Positions 13,021 through 25,437 of a stretch of DNA of 64,000 nucleotides are shown in pieces. How positions within the stretch are numbered: position 1 is the first letter of the stretch; each line of letters begins with the position of its first letter. Location of the stretch: NCBI GenBank assembly GCA_965203295.1, contig CBDBCZ010000018.1, positions 960,001-1,024,000 of the forward strand, given 5' to 3'. Under the pieces are notes generated by a model. The model had not been told where the DNA came from and ran no database searches. It saw only the letters and a program-made list of their open reading frames with translations. Position numbers and translations under genes: made by a program. Source of the stretch: Nitrospirales bacterium. GTDB taxonomy: Bacteria; Nitrospirota; Nitrospiria; Nitrospirales; UBA8639.

Positions 13021-14329
13021 AAACAGTTAGCTACATATATCTGCACCCAATAGTAGGTTATACACCTAATAAGCGCATGTGGGCTTTAGGAACCTATGTA
13101 ACCAATATCCTTTAGCCAATCATGTTTGATGTAATGTGAGGTTGCCTATGTTCATTCCAGTATCTATGCCACACAGTAGATAATGCTAATGGGTGTTGTT
13201 TATCAGTCTGGTCGCTGTAGCAGAAACATAAACAGACTTGTTTGAGTCTACAATGCCTGCCTCCGTTGCAGGAGTAAGAATGTGTGTGTGGGTTTTACTT
13301 AGCTAATGGACATAGAATTAGCTGAGTGCTACTGTGGAGTTATTTTGCAACCCTCATCCCAGTCCTGGTTTATGGGTTAGCTACACTGTTCATACGGATC
13401 AATCCATATTTTAGGTACATCTTGTGAAAGTAGCTACATGCAATTAGGATCCTGAATGAGAGAGAATGAACTGGGAAGTTGGGGAAGGGAGGAGATTATG
13501 GAAGAGTAGTCAGTGAACAGTTGAGGTAAAAATATTATGTCTACCAAAAATAGGTCACAAGAAAACTATAAACGTACATGTAGTTCTTAAGACTACATAA
13601 CTACATCATTATACAATCATCATTATACAATATCACTTGTTTTGTACAATTAGCCAGACCATACACCACCAATATACAGAAATTAATTAGATGTTAAAGA
13701 TAGATAGCTGATAGTCAGCTCTAGGCTGATCACACCCACTTGGTTTCATCCTGAGACAGTGCCTTCCAGAGTCCACTCCGGCTATTATCTTTTTCACTCA
13801 TAAAACATGTGACCAAAAATCAGGCAGTTGAGAGTTGATAACCTCATTCCCATGCAGGCTCCCCCCATATTAAAAAAAAGCAGTAGAAACAAGGTCAGAA
13901 ACTGGGACCAAACATGCACGCTAGACTACAAGATTATTTGGGTGCATAAGATGGAGACACGTACCTCACATTACGAACTATACAATACACTAGCTACATT
14001 CGGAGTAGCTATGAGCTCAAGGATGCTGATACAATGCACTGAATCTCTAAGAAGGGCCATGCATATGCAGGCTATGTAGACTCATACAGTATAATGATTA
14101 TATTAATGTGTACCATTATTCTATTTCAGCATACATTACTAGACCATACTATTATGGTGCAGAATAAGCCACATGAGTACGTGGAGTATGGGAATGGGAT
14201 TTTGGTACAAGCTGTTTTCAAGAATTTTTCTCTCTCTTCTCTCTTGCTCGATTCTGATGAGGTTAAAGAGGATGGAAAAGACACTCCATAGCTAATCAAA
14301 TCGTTATTATTGCTATATATGTTTGCAGT

Positions 14330-14335
14330 TTTATT
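14330..14335 (-). promoter_or_regulatory. Putative polyadenylation signal of B
   Basis: AATAAA on minus strand ~165 bp after the stop; conserved in D. Confidence 0.45.
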
Positions 14336-17300
14336 CTACAATACTGAGACATCTAACACTACAGTGCATGACACATACTAGACAGAAAATTCAAGGTGTG
14401 TCTACAAAAGCTACATGCACATGTAATAAACAGCTTCTTATGAAGTGAGTCACACTAGTAGTGTTCTAAAGCACCACAGTTTGCAGCAGTGTCACTCATC
14501 AAGGACACAGTCTGCCCCTCCTGAACCTGCGGTAGCAGACATCAACGCAGTAGATGGCAAGAGGGTCATTTGATACCAGGAAGTTCTCGGGAACTCCAGC
14601 TGCAGGGCAGTCTGCGTGTGATGTAATAGTCTATGTAAGTAAAGGACAGATGAACTAAACCAGAAAACCTTTGATCTTGACTGCACAAGTTTTGAAACAA
14701 GAACAACTAGTCTAAGAATTGTATGTATTGGACACATACAGTATATAATATAAGTAACTTAGTAACTGTGGCCTTGTGATTATTGCCGAGCAACTTAGCG
14801 CGAGGCAACTAATCCTGCATCGTATCTCAGCAAGCGTTTGTATAATACTATATATAAAAGACCAAAGAGCCACTAGCCCAGAGGTGCGTACACTTATTAG
14901 CTAACAACTGTTGCTCTTTTCGATGGAGAAACAGAAGTCACTACCGCATGAATTTTTGGCTTAGGAGAAGGATGCGCCACCTTACTTAGATTGTCGAACT
15001 CATCGAATTATCATGCACGTTTAGCTATTTCTCCCTTCTCTGTCGAATTCTCATAGCATTAAACACGTGCTACCAAACCACACCTACTGAATGCTCGTGC
15101 GTGAGGCTTACACTGCGTATGCATATCTGTAGTTTAAAATACTATTATTCAAAGACAAAATTGCCAGATAGCTAGGCAATGCCTGCAAACTGTAATAAGG
15201 ATCATAAACTCACGATCATCTGATGTAATAACTATCCTTGTCTGGTTGCGTATGATGGAGACAGGCACCTCAGAGAATGCTACGTCCAACCTGACAAAGA
15301 AATGCTCGCTTGTTTCCAGGAAGTCGTCATTTACAATCTCAATTTCAGTAGTGTATGTAGTCATGAGTGAGCTAAACGTCAAATTCATGTCAACAGCACG
15401 ATAGTCATCTGGAGCTACATGAGAAAAAAAATGAACATAACACAATTAGAGAGTAGAAGATCAACATGCCATAACTAGTATTTTTCACATTATTTGTATC
15501 TGTGAAAATACTGAATTTACTCAGTAGGAGATAACCAGAATTGGTTAGTAGCAATTCTGTACATAGTCTTTGTAAATGATTTACTTGTAGCCACTCCATC
15601 TACTGTGTACATCCGAACAGTGATTGTTGTTTCCAATCTGCCTGATACCATCTGCACTGTCACTGGTACACCTCCAGTGCCTTCACTTTCACGATGACGA
15701 GCTTGAGTGAAGCCAATGGCAATGCCTGCACAGATAAAAAGTATGAATATTCATTGTGCATAATTGCAAATTATATGAATTATCCATACCATCATTATCG
15801 ACAATCATCACAGTTGCAGTAGAAATGTCTCCCAGCGCCACTTGTGTGTCTCCACTTTGAACACCAAGCTCAACACTAAAGCTTTCCATGCCCTCTGCTA
15901 TGCTATCATCTATAATTTGGACTGTGAGAGTTTGCAGCTGTTGATCACCACCAGGTGGTAGTGTTAATGTCTGAGTTAGGACTGTAAAATCTCCAGCTGC
16001 ATTTAAGAGACAATGGTGGGAAGCACTTTGCAGATAAAATGAAATTATACTATCTTACCTGTTGCACTCATCAGGTTTACAGTAACGGTGGCTTGCAGTG
16101 GAATGTTATGATTTCCTCTCTTGTCGACAGTCAGTACCACCGTTCCATCAGCTTCACCTACAGTGTACTCAGGTTGAGTGAACTGCACAGTCACCACTGC
16201 AGGTGAAAATTGTTGTTAGGATTAACTTTGTAGTGGCAGTGGTATGTGCATAATCGATGGTCATTCAAAATAATATTTATAACTATTCATGCAATTTATG
16301 CAGTAGCTCTTAATGGGCCATCTTCAAGAATGATATTTATAATATCATCTCATGATTGCAGTTGTTATTTTTGCGATATAGGCTGGCTCCCATCTCAAAT
16401 TAGCATACATCCGCAGCACTTGCACGCTTGAACACTATACTCACACTTGGTAGTGAAGATATTATGAAGAAAATGAAACAGCAGGGTTCTATCCAGGATT
16501 TTTTTTGTTTGGGGAGAAGATCCTGAAAGTGGTGGTTGGCGTGGTCACAGTTTTTATAGGGGGTCCAGGGGCATGCCCCCCACCCACACACACACACACA
16601 GCTGAGAGTTGTTCTGCAACAATCTGAGAAATTTCAAAGTGCTAGTCGCTGTGGGTACTACAAACAATTTTTTTTTGTTGTAAGTCGTACCTGCCCCTGT
16701 TTAGGCCTTTCTTTTTTCCTGCCTATTTTACTTTTTGTGTGCTTTATATTTGTACCCATTTTGCTTTTTATCGTACTCATTTTGCTTCTTACTTTAGTCT
16801 AAAGCCATGAGTGACAGAGGAAGTGCTTATCATAATAATTATGCAAAACCTAATCACTATTTCACGGATGCTAATTTTTTCTATTCTTTACACCACTAAA
16901 AAATTGTGAAAGTCATGCAAAAACCAATAGCAAGGATGTAAATATGCAATAAATCATCAAACTAGAATAATAATGGACTGTTCATGGTACTCTAACTAAG
17001 TAAAGTAAAATATATTTATTTCCTAATCAACTACTAAGTGTACAGCCTTTAAGGAGGTGTATAGTGAGGTTACTTACAGTCATTATCCATTATTTCAACG
17101 ACAGTCAGATCTGGCTCCAAGAAAACGTTTAGAGGTAGTCCATCTGGATGACTGAAAGCATCTGGAACTACCTGCACAGTTAAATTCTCAGTTGCTTCTA
17201 ACAGATCATCATCCTCAATAGACACTTCGATGCAAGTTCGATTGTTGGTAGCAGTGATGTCATCGAAGAAAAGATCCTCAACCGTCAGTTCCTGATAGTC

Positions 17301-19478
17301 TCCAGGGTCTACATGATGTGAAAAGAGTACGTCTAAAACCAAATGAGACCTGTGATAGTAAGAATAACCAACCTGCAGCAGTGCCCCTGATGGTAATTGC
17401 AGCAAGGGTGATAATGTTGTCTTGTGGAAATACATTACCAGTGACATTCAGAGTACGAACGCAGATTTCAAGAATTCCCTGCCCCTCACTCACGGAGGTA
17501 AATGTTTCTTCCCACCCAATTAACACAATTGCTGCAAAAGAGATTCAACATTACAATACTTGAAATTACTCATTGACTTACAGTATACCAACTAACCATC
17601 ATCATCAACAATGAAAATCTGTGTAGTAGCAAAGAGAGTACTGCCGTCGGCATGTTGGCCGCCGATATCGATATTCAACCCTGATTCTTCATGTGACAGT
17701 TCAACACGAAACACCGCAAGTAGTTCAGCTTCATTATCATCAAGTAGTTCAAAAATGTAGGATAAGCTTTGTTGATCCGGTGAGAACTCACGGGACTGAA
17801 CCAGAAGAGTAATTATATCTCTGCCCGTGAAATCCTGTTGATCAATATTTGCAGCACTTGGACCACGTCCTGTAATTGTGTTGATTGTTATCTCAAACGT
17901 CAACTCCGACTGCTGATTGCTCCCTTTGATGACTGGGATTCTAGTTAGATCACCAGTAGCATTTAAAAATTCAGAAACTGTGTAGCTGCTCTGCTCAAAT
18001 CCAATTATGAGAGCTGTGTAAAAGAAGTTAAACAGCAAATAATCTATAGCCTCGTACCCAACTTCTTCAACTTTACTGGAGGAAGAAAGTCTGTGCAAAG
18101 GAATTCACGACCACATCATAGCAACCTCATCAAACCTGCCCACTTATATATGCACAATGTCATGCAATACTGAATGTCCAGTATCAGTGCTTAGTTCCTG
18201 CATTATTGTATGTTCCTCTATAATAAGACATAGTATTGCATGCCACAAGCAAGGACAATGAAACTTATTTTCCCCATTCTCTGCTGATGGAGTACGTATA
18301 ATGTTCTAACAGTCATGCATATCCTACACAGATTTATCAAAATTTAATATCTAACTGGGAGGGTGAACAGGTAGGTGGTCCGAAGAAGCTGACTGAATTG
18401 CAGTTCTGTGAATGTACTCACTGGGACATACATGTAAAGGAACATACAAAAGACATGAAGCACAAAGAACCGGGATACAGACAAAGACTCAGACAACAAA
18501 GCAGCAAGAAGGACATTAACATATGGTAATTGTGGTATCCTGCCGCTATGTCTCCTAGTGGCGAACCCACTAATCCGTACTGCGTCCTGAGCTCAGACGA
18601 CCGCTAACTCTCCAAATGGGTTCATCTTTACTGCAATTCTGATCTGCATAAAACCCTACTCTGAACAGACACACAGTACAAATAATATTGGGGAATGCAC
18701 AAAGACCTACTTACAAAGATACAGACACATTGACTGCACAACAAAGACAACAAAAGGACAATACAACAGGGGGGGGCTAGACAGCACAAAGTATAGGTGT
18801 TAACAGTAATCTAATTGTCACTATACTTACAGTAATAAACACCAATACACTACAGTCTCTTCCTTATGCTACTTGCAGCTTGTGTATAGTTGTTGTTTGG
18901 TATAGTACTTTCACTGGATCTTTCAAGCTTACATACTAGTATCGTTGCCATATAGCTAAGGAAGTTGTCACTTCACTTTTGCTTTGTTCCCCTTTCAGCA
19001 GTGCTTGCTGCAACTCTCTTCTATAACTGTGTGCCAGAATGGCATGCTGTCAAAATCTATTACACTAATCACTATCTTGCATAGCTCACTGCTGTATTCC
19101 TGCTTTACTTCTGACAACCTTCATCAATAAAATAACTAGGTGAATGCAAAGCATTGTGGGGCGATCAATATCTTGCATGGGTAGCTCTTTGCTTTATTTC
19201 TGTATTACCCCCTGACCACCTTCATAAATAAAATAATGAAATCTTAGTTCCCAACTTATGCTTTTCCTCCAGTTAGCATTAAAGCTAAGAAAGCTAGGAA
19301 CGACACTAGCAGAGTATTTATAACCACACCTAAACACTATATATATTTTGACCATATATGAATAATTAAAGAGGTAAAACCTTTGAAGGATGCCTGTTAG
19401 TCCAGGGCGTTTAAGTAGGTTGAATCCCTCAGCGCTTTAATTGCCTCACACTTCCTGATTGTTTATATAGTCTAAGTG

Positions 19479-19636
19479 GGATAGACACCTGGCTGAGTGC
19501 TTTAACCTACTTAAACACCCTTGGGAACCTTGGAAGTGCTAATTGTGTCTCGGCTGCGCCCTCGACCCAATTAACACTTCCTCGGTTCCCACTGGTGTTT
19601 AAGTAGGTTAAAACCCTCTAGCCAGGTATCTATCCT
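19479..19636. repeat. Imperfect palindrome, architecture like 6027-6190
   Basis: GATAGACACCTGGCT...AACCTACTTAAACAC paired with GTGTTTAAGTAGGTT...AGCCAGGTATCTATC. Confidence 0.55.
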
Positions 19637-22600
19637 ATACATAGCTTCTTTGCATTTACATTTATGGACAACAGAATCTGTATTATGATATTAACCCTTC
19701 TATTTCAAAGCATTGAATTCATTACTGCATGACATAACGGTACTATTCCTCTCATCCCGATACTGCTTTAAACAGTCCCTGCTCTCTATACCCTCATACC
19801 TACAAAAGCGAACTGTAGCCCACTCCCACACTTACGATCATCATCAATGATTCTTCCCAGAGTGGCAAAACGTCCACTTAGATCAACCCTAGCTGGATCC
19901 AATGCATCAACCACCTGTAAAAATATCACAAACAGTTGTTCCACCTCATTGATATCATCGTCCACTATTCCAATATCAATTATCCGAATATCTGCTCTTC
20001 CAGCTGGGAATGTGATTGTAATTTCAGTATTGTTGAAGTCCTGAATACCTATTGAAACAAGAGTTAATATCTGTATACACACTTCTTACATTGATATGCT
20101 TCTACTTACTTGTGGCATTGATTGGTCGTCTGGGATCGTAATTTGGAATATCAGGAATTACATCGAGGATGGGTGACTGTGAGTCATTCAAAGAAGTATA
20201 ATTCACTGGAACAGCCACTACAGTCAGGTCAGTGGCTATGTTAGTAAGCAGCTGCAGTAAAAGTGAGATTCTACCTGTTCCTTCGACATTTGAGTAGTCT
20301 GATTCAGTAAACTGGAGAACAGCCACTGGAGATGGAAGAGAGTTTGGAGCCCACGTAATATATATTAAATATGTGTGCAGATGTTTCATTGCTTAATGGT
20401 AATGCAAACACAATTTACTTATGAAAACTATAGTAAACACATTGTGACAAAGTCAACAACAATAACCAGTGAATCAACACAAGCCCACCAAACAGAGTAG
20501 TCCTTCCATGCAGTTGCACATGCTGGCCCAGTGCCAAATTTGATGAGACCCTGTTATTGCTGCTTCTGTTTTCCAGGCACTGCTAGGAATCATACCTAGG
20601 AACTTTGGTTAACACCCATTTTTACACCCTATAACAGAGGTTGTTGATACCTTGCAAGAAATTATAGAGTACAAGTGGTAAAAAACATAGACTGCCAGAG
20701 AAGCAGTAACTTGAATACCCCTAATTTTATCACTTCGAATTCATGTTACAATTTAGCATGTAATGGTTCACAGAGTGTTAAATTAAGCTGCAGAGTCAGA
20801 AACGTTCTAAATCAACTTGGAATTCCCAGAATCTGGTATGTACTGTATTCTGACTTGCAAGATGCTCCATATAAAGGGTATAACAATACTTAGTCAGGGA
20901 ACTCCTTTTGACAGATATTTGTACACTTGTATAAATAGAGAAGCTGTGAACACACGGTGCAGCTATCTATACTATTTAGAAAATCAAAATTACAGTGGTG
21001 ACAAGGCTAATTAGAAAGGACTTGAAATGTTAGATTTGGTGCAATCCCAAACTTGACCCCCCAGCACGTAAGTTTGAAAGCATTATGAATGATCACGTTA
21101 AATTTTATGATACACTCCCCAAAATAGCTTTTATAATTAGTATAGCTCTCTCTAGACAATGAATACTTCATACCATAACTGCAATACGTATTAGATAATG
21201 CATACTGTTACTAGTATGTTAACATACCTTCTTTGTCTTCAATCACAACTCGAATTGTGGGAATTGCAAATGTATTGGGGGCTGCAGCATTCAGTACAGC
21301 AACTGCAGCAGCAAATCTTCAGGTAGTTCCAATGCTATTCTGTCAACTCGAATGAGGGTCTGAATGCTGGCTGGTACAGTAGCATCACCTATTGTAACAC
21401 TCCTAGAACCAGTTGGAACGATGAAGTCATCATTGGGACCCTCAACTGCGGTGGATATAGGTTGGAGGATTTAGTTACTGGATCCATCATATACATGCCT
21501 TCACAGTAGTTTGTGTAGTCTGAAATTGCTCATTAAGAAAGAAGGAAAGTAGCTTACGAACGAAGCCAAACAGACTATGTGCGAAATCATGTAGAGGGAA
21601 GCAGAGGAAGACTGGGAGGAAAATATATAATTACTTCCTCTGCCTACCTCTATGTGGTTTCACTGCCCACTCATTATCCCACCAAATAGGTGTACTCTTA
21701 GCTATCCTCCTACCTTATAAGGATTGTAACCCATATATCCCCTTACTGCTTCACTGCCCGTTTTAGAAGAGCAACCAAGTACCTTATTAGTTACTTTGAT
21801 CCACATCCTTTCTTCATAGCGTACATCCTTAATAAACCTAACCTACTTCCCCTCTCTGTTACTGCTCTTTGTAAAACCTTGCCTATAGCAAAGGTTTTGC
21901 AAATTCCCATGGTGAGCTTCTTTCTGCATACACTTGATACACTATTAATAGCTGCTTATACATGTACATGCGAATGGTGGACAGACATAATTGGTGTTAC
22001 TGCTTCCTACATGTGGAATTGCTGTGCATTGTTGCATTGGCCAGCTCAATCAGCCCTGCATACATCCCATGCTGAACAGCCATGAGTTGTTGGATGACTG
22101 TACATTCACTCACTTGCTGTTCCTTCTGTTATTGTGATAATGAAACGTAATTCTCCTCTAGTATCCTGCTGCAAAAATTCTTCGAAAAGTGCTCCTTTAA
22201 TAAACCCAACTTCCAGTATAGTAACATCACCACGCTCTTCAACTGAAATGTCAGGCCCACCAAACCATCCAAACACTGCCATGACAGAGACATACAAGTG
22301 AGAGTGCATCGTATAGTGTGCTAAATAGCAAGCCAGTGTAATCATAAGGTGGCAAACAGAGGGTGGGTACATGTATAAATATTTTGATTCTGTTCTGAAT
22401 TTTTCCATGTAGGGAGGGTCTGGGGCTACTTTTAAAATTCAGCAGGTGTCACTAAACTATAACTACTTTGAGTTCAGAGAAAACACAAGCACCCAAATGG
22501 TAGCTACATGTGTGGTTTTAGACCCCCCACCCCCCTTCCAAAACAAAAAGCAGGCTGGGTGGATTAGTATTCTGCTTCGAATGTATTCCAAGAAATCTAC

Positions 22601-23022
22601 TAATGTAATGTTGCCACATTTCAAGGCTCTGCGTCTGGGCTGCACTAGTCATGTATGCATGTGCACTGCTTCGTCCATGATCACATGCACGCAGGGTCTC
22701 ATCCCACCCACCCACCCTCCCCCCCCCCCCCCCCCCCCCGCTTATTGGGAGCTGTCTCCTCCCATCATTAGATTATATTGCAAAGTGTAGCTACAAAAGC
22801 TGCTCCATCATCCAGTCATACCTGCATGTTTTAGTGCTAGTTTATCCAAATATATAATGGTATCCAATCGTTCGCTACTTACAAATAAAGGTTGCCTTAA
22901 TTTTTTACGTGATTGCACTGAAATAACTTCACATAACTAATCACTATTTCACCCACTGAGGACCATTATGTCGATTTATGTGGTAATCAGTATAAGATAT
23001 TTAGCAGTGTGACACTGGCTAT

Positions 23023-25437
23023 ATCATGGAGTACGGTAGTACTCCATATGTAGGGATGGCACGGGAAAAAAATGGCGGCCCTATAGAACGCGTACAAAAT
23101 CATACACTCAGAACTCGGCTCTGATTATAGTCAAAGGCTTTTATGAGCCATACCATGACATCTCGAGCGTTTCCTTCAGCAACAAGGCTGTTAGCGGTGC
23201 TAGAAAGCTTCGCTGGAGTACCAGACCGGCAAGTCGCTACACTCGGGGGGCGGGGCGTAATGGTACATCTTCTTCTTTGTTTCTTTCTTCAGCCAGGCTA
23301 GCACAATAATGGCAGAAGCTATCACAATGATTCAAGCGCGAACAAGCTAGATATTCCCCGGGGTATTGCACTCGTAGCATAACGTTTTCAAAGAAACCGA
23401 ACAGGTTCAGCAGTGATTCACGAGTACTCTCGAGGTAACGCTTGTCGTTTTACGCCATTTAATGACTACTGTTCTGTTCCGTTCGGTTTCGGAATTTAGT
23501 AACCGCCCCTTTCGCGTGTTGTTTATTTAACGCCTACCTTTGATCGTGCCAGCTGTCCGGGCCTGAGCTGCATCTCCTGGTTCATCACTTTGTAAGTCAC
23601 CCGAAAATTTAGCTACAATACACTTACTCACATGCCTGATAGTATTATTTTAGTAGTGGGGTAGCTAGCTACTGAAGTAAGGGGGTGTCCAAAGGGTGCA
23701 TGGAATTGTCCGGACATACACAAGGAAACAGTAGCTCACAATACATAACAAGGGCAGACAGAAAGGCCCACCGAACGAAATAAATTTGCTGTTAAATACG
23801 AGCACAGGCAGATAAGCCTTGGTGTCCGAACAACCCCTACTGTCCGGACACCCCCTCACTTACTCTACTGGAGGAGGCAGGCAGCTATTTGTCTTTGTGA
23901 CATTAGAAACTGCAATACATATCATTGTCCTTGGTGATAATTTGCAGTTCAACATCCTGGAGTACGGTACTACTCCATATGTAGGGATGGCCCTGGCCTC
24001 CCCATTAAAATGACATGTTTATAGTACTCTGCTGTAGGTGTAGTCTAGGACTAATATGAAGCCTATGTACCACTTATTTTGGAGCGTTGTCGTCACTAAC
24101 CAGGCTGTTAGCACAGCTAAAGAACATCTTTGAAGTACCAAAGCAGCAAGTGGTTAAAACCGCCGAATGGTCTATCTTCATCTTATCAGATAATCCTTAA
24201 TTCAGTCAAACTAGCACAATAATGAGTGAAGCGATAAAAAGATTCCAATACGGGAATAGTGTTGACCCTGACAAGAAATAGGCAGCCTCACGTGCCAGTT
24301 ACATAGCTGACCTTGACAAGAGACCTCCCCCCCCGTGCACATGCAGGCGAAAGCCTTCCTAATGCTGACTAGAGTACAAATCGAAACCCATACTACACAC
24401 ATCCTCAAACACATTCCATTCCAATACCATCTACTGCACACATTTACACATACACATTTGTTACCACTTCCCAAAAAAAACGCCCAAAACAAGTTACAGA
24501 AAAAGCACTTTGCCAAAAAGTGCAAAAACAAGTAATGTAGGGATGGACTTTCACCAAAAAACAGTTCCCCAAAAACCAATGAAACAAGCAACAATGCACA
24601 TCGCAATGCGTGCACAAACAATCCACACATCACAGCGCAATGCGTAGCTACCATCCCTACATCTTTCCAACCACACCCACCACAATCCGTACCTTGCCCC
24701 CATACTGAACTGCACACCCAATACTTCCTTCAACACACACAACCATCCACAATCATCACTATCATATATATACCACCCTTACATCCTTATCCACAATCAT
24801 TACATAGCTACATCATAAAACACAGCACCCCACACTACTGTAACAGCCAACCCAATCCTTCAACAGGAACGCTAGCTACTTCCATCAAAATTCACTTCGC
24901 TCCACGAATCCCACATTCACAAGCACAAACCAAGCAGAGCAATTTCTCACATCAACCACCATACAACACACTCAACAAAGTTGATCTATACTTTACCAAA
25001 CACACCCACATAGACTTCCCCTATAAAGAACCTGCACACACAAACACTCACAAAACTTCATCACACTCAACAACCAAACACAACCAAAGTCCCTCTACAA
25101 ACATGACTCCACCCTCAATGACTCACTAGTCCAACATGGACACCATGAACACATTCAGCTACCCTCCACAACCTCCAACACACTCAGTCATTAGCAATAC
25201 ACACACACCAAATTACACTACAACTATTCACATCTCACATATATATATATACGCGATTGTGGTGGGTGTGGTTGGAAAGATGTAGGGATGGTAGCTACGC
25301 ATTGCGCTGTGATGTGTGGATTGTTTGTGCACGCATTGCGATGTGCATTGTTGCTTGTTTCATTGGTTTTTGGGGAACTGTTTTTTGGTGAAAGTCCATC
25401 CCTATACATTACTTGTTTTTGCACTTTTTGGCAAAGT
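23023..25437 (+). mobile_element. Hairpin-ended fold-back element, copy 3 (composite: second hairpin start ~23958, MITE-like ~23680-23857)
   Basis: Same TCATGGAGTACGGTAGTACTCC start; inverted repeat 24507-24687 / 25255-25437. Confidence 0.72.

Noticed and set aside
18530..18612. Stem-loops with GCGAA/GCTAA suggesting an HDV-like or hammerhead ribozyme in a B-specific insert; CTGATGA near 4281 and 10513
   Set aside because: I could not build the full pseudoknot or three-stem core by eye; an Infernal/Rfam scan would decide.
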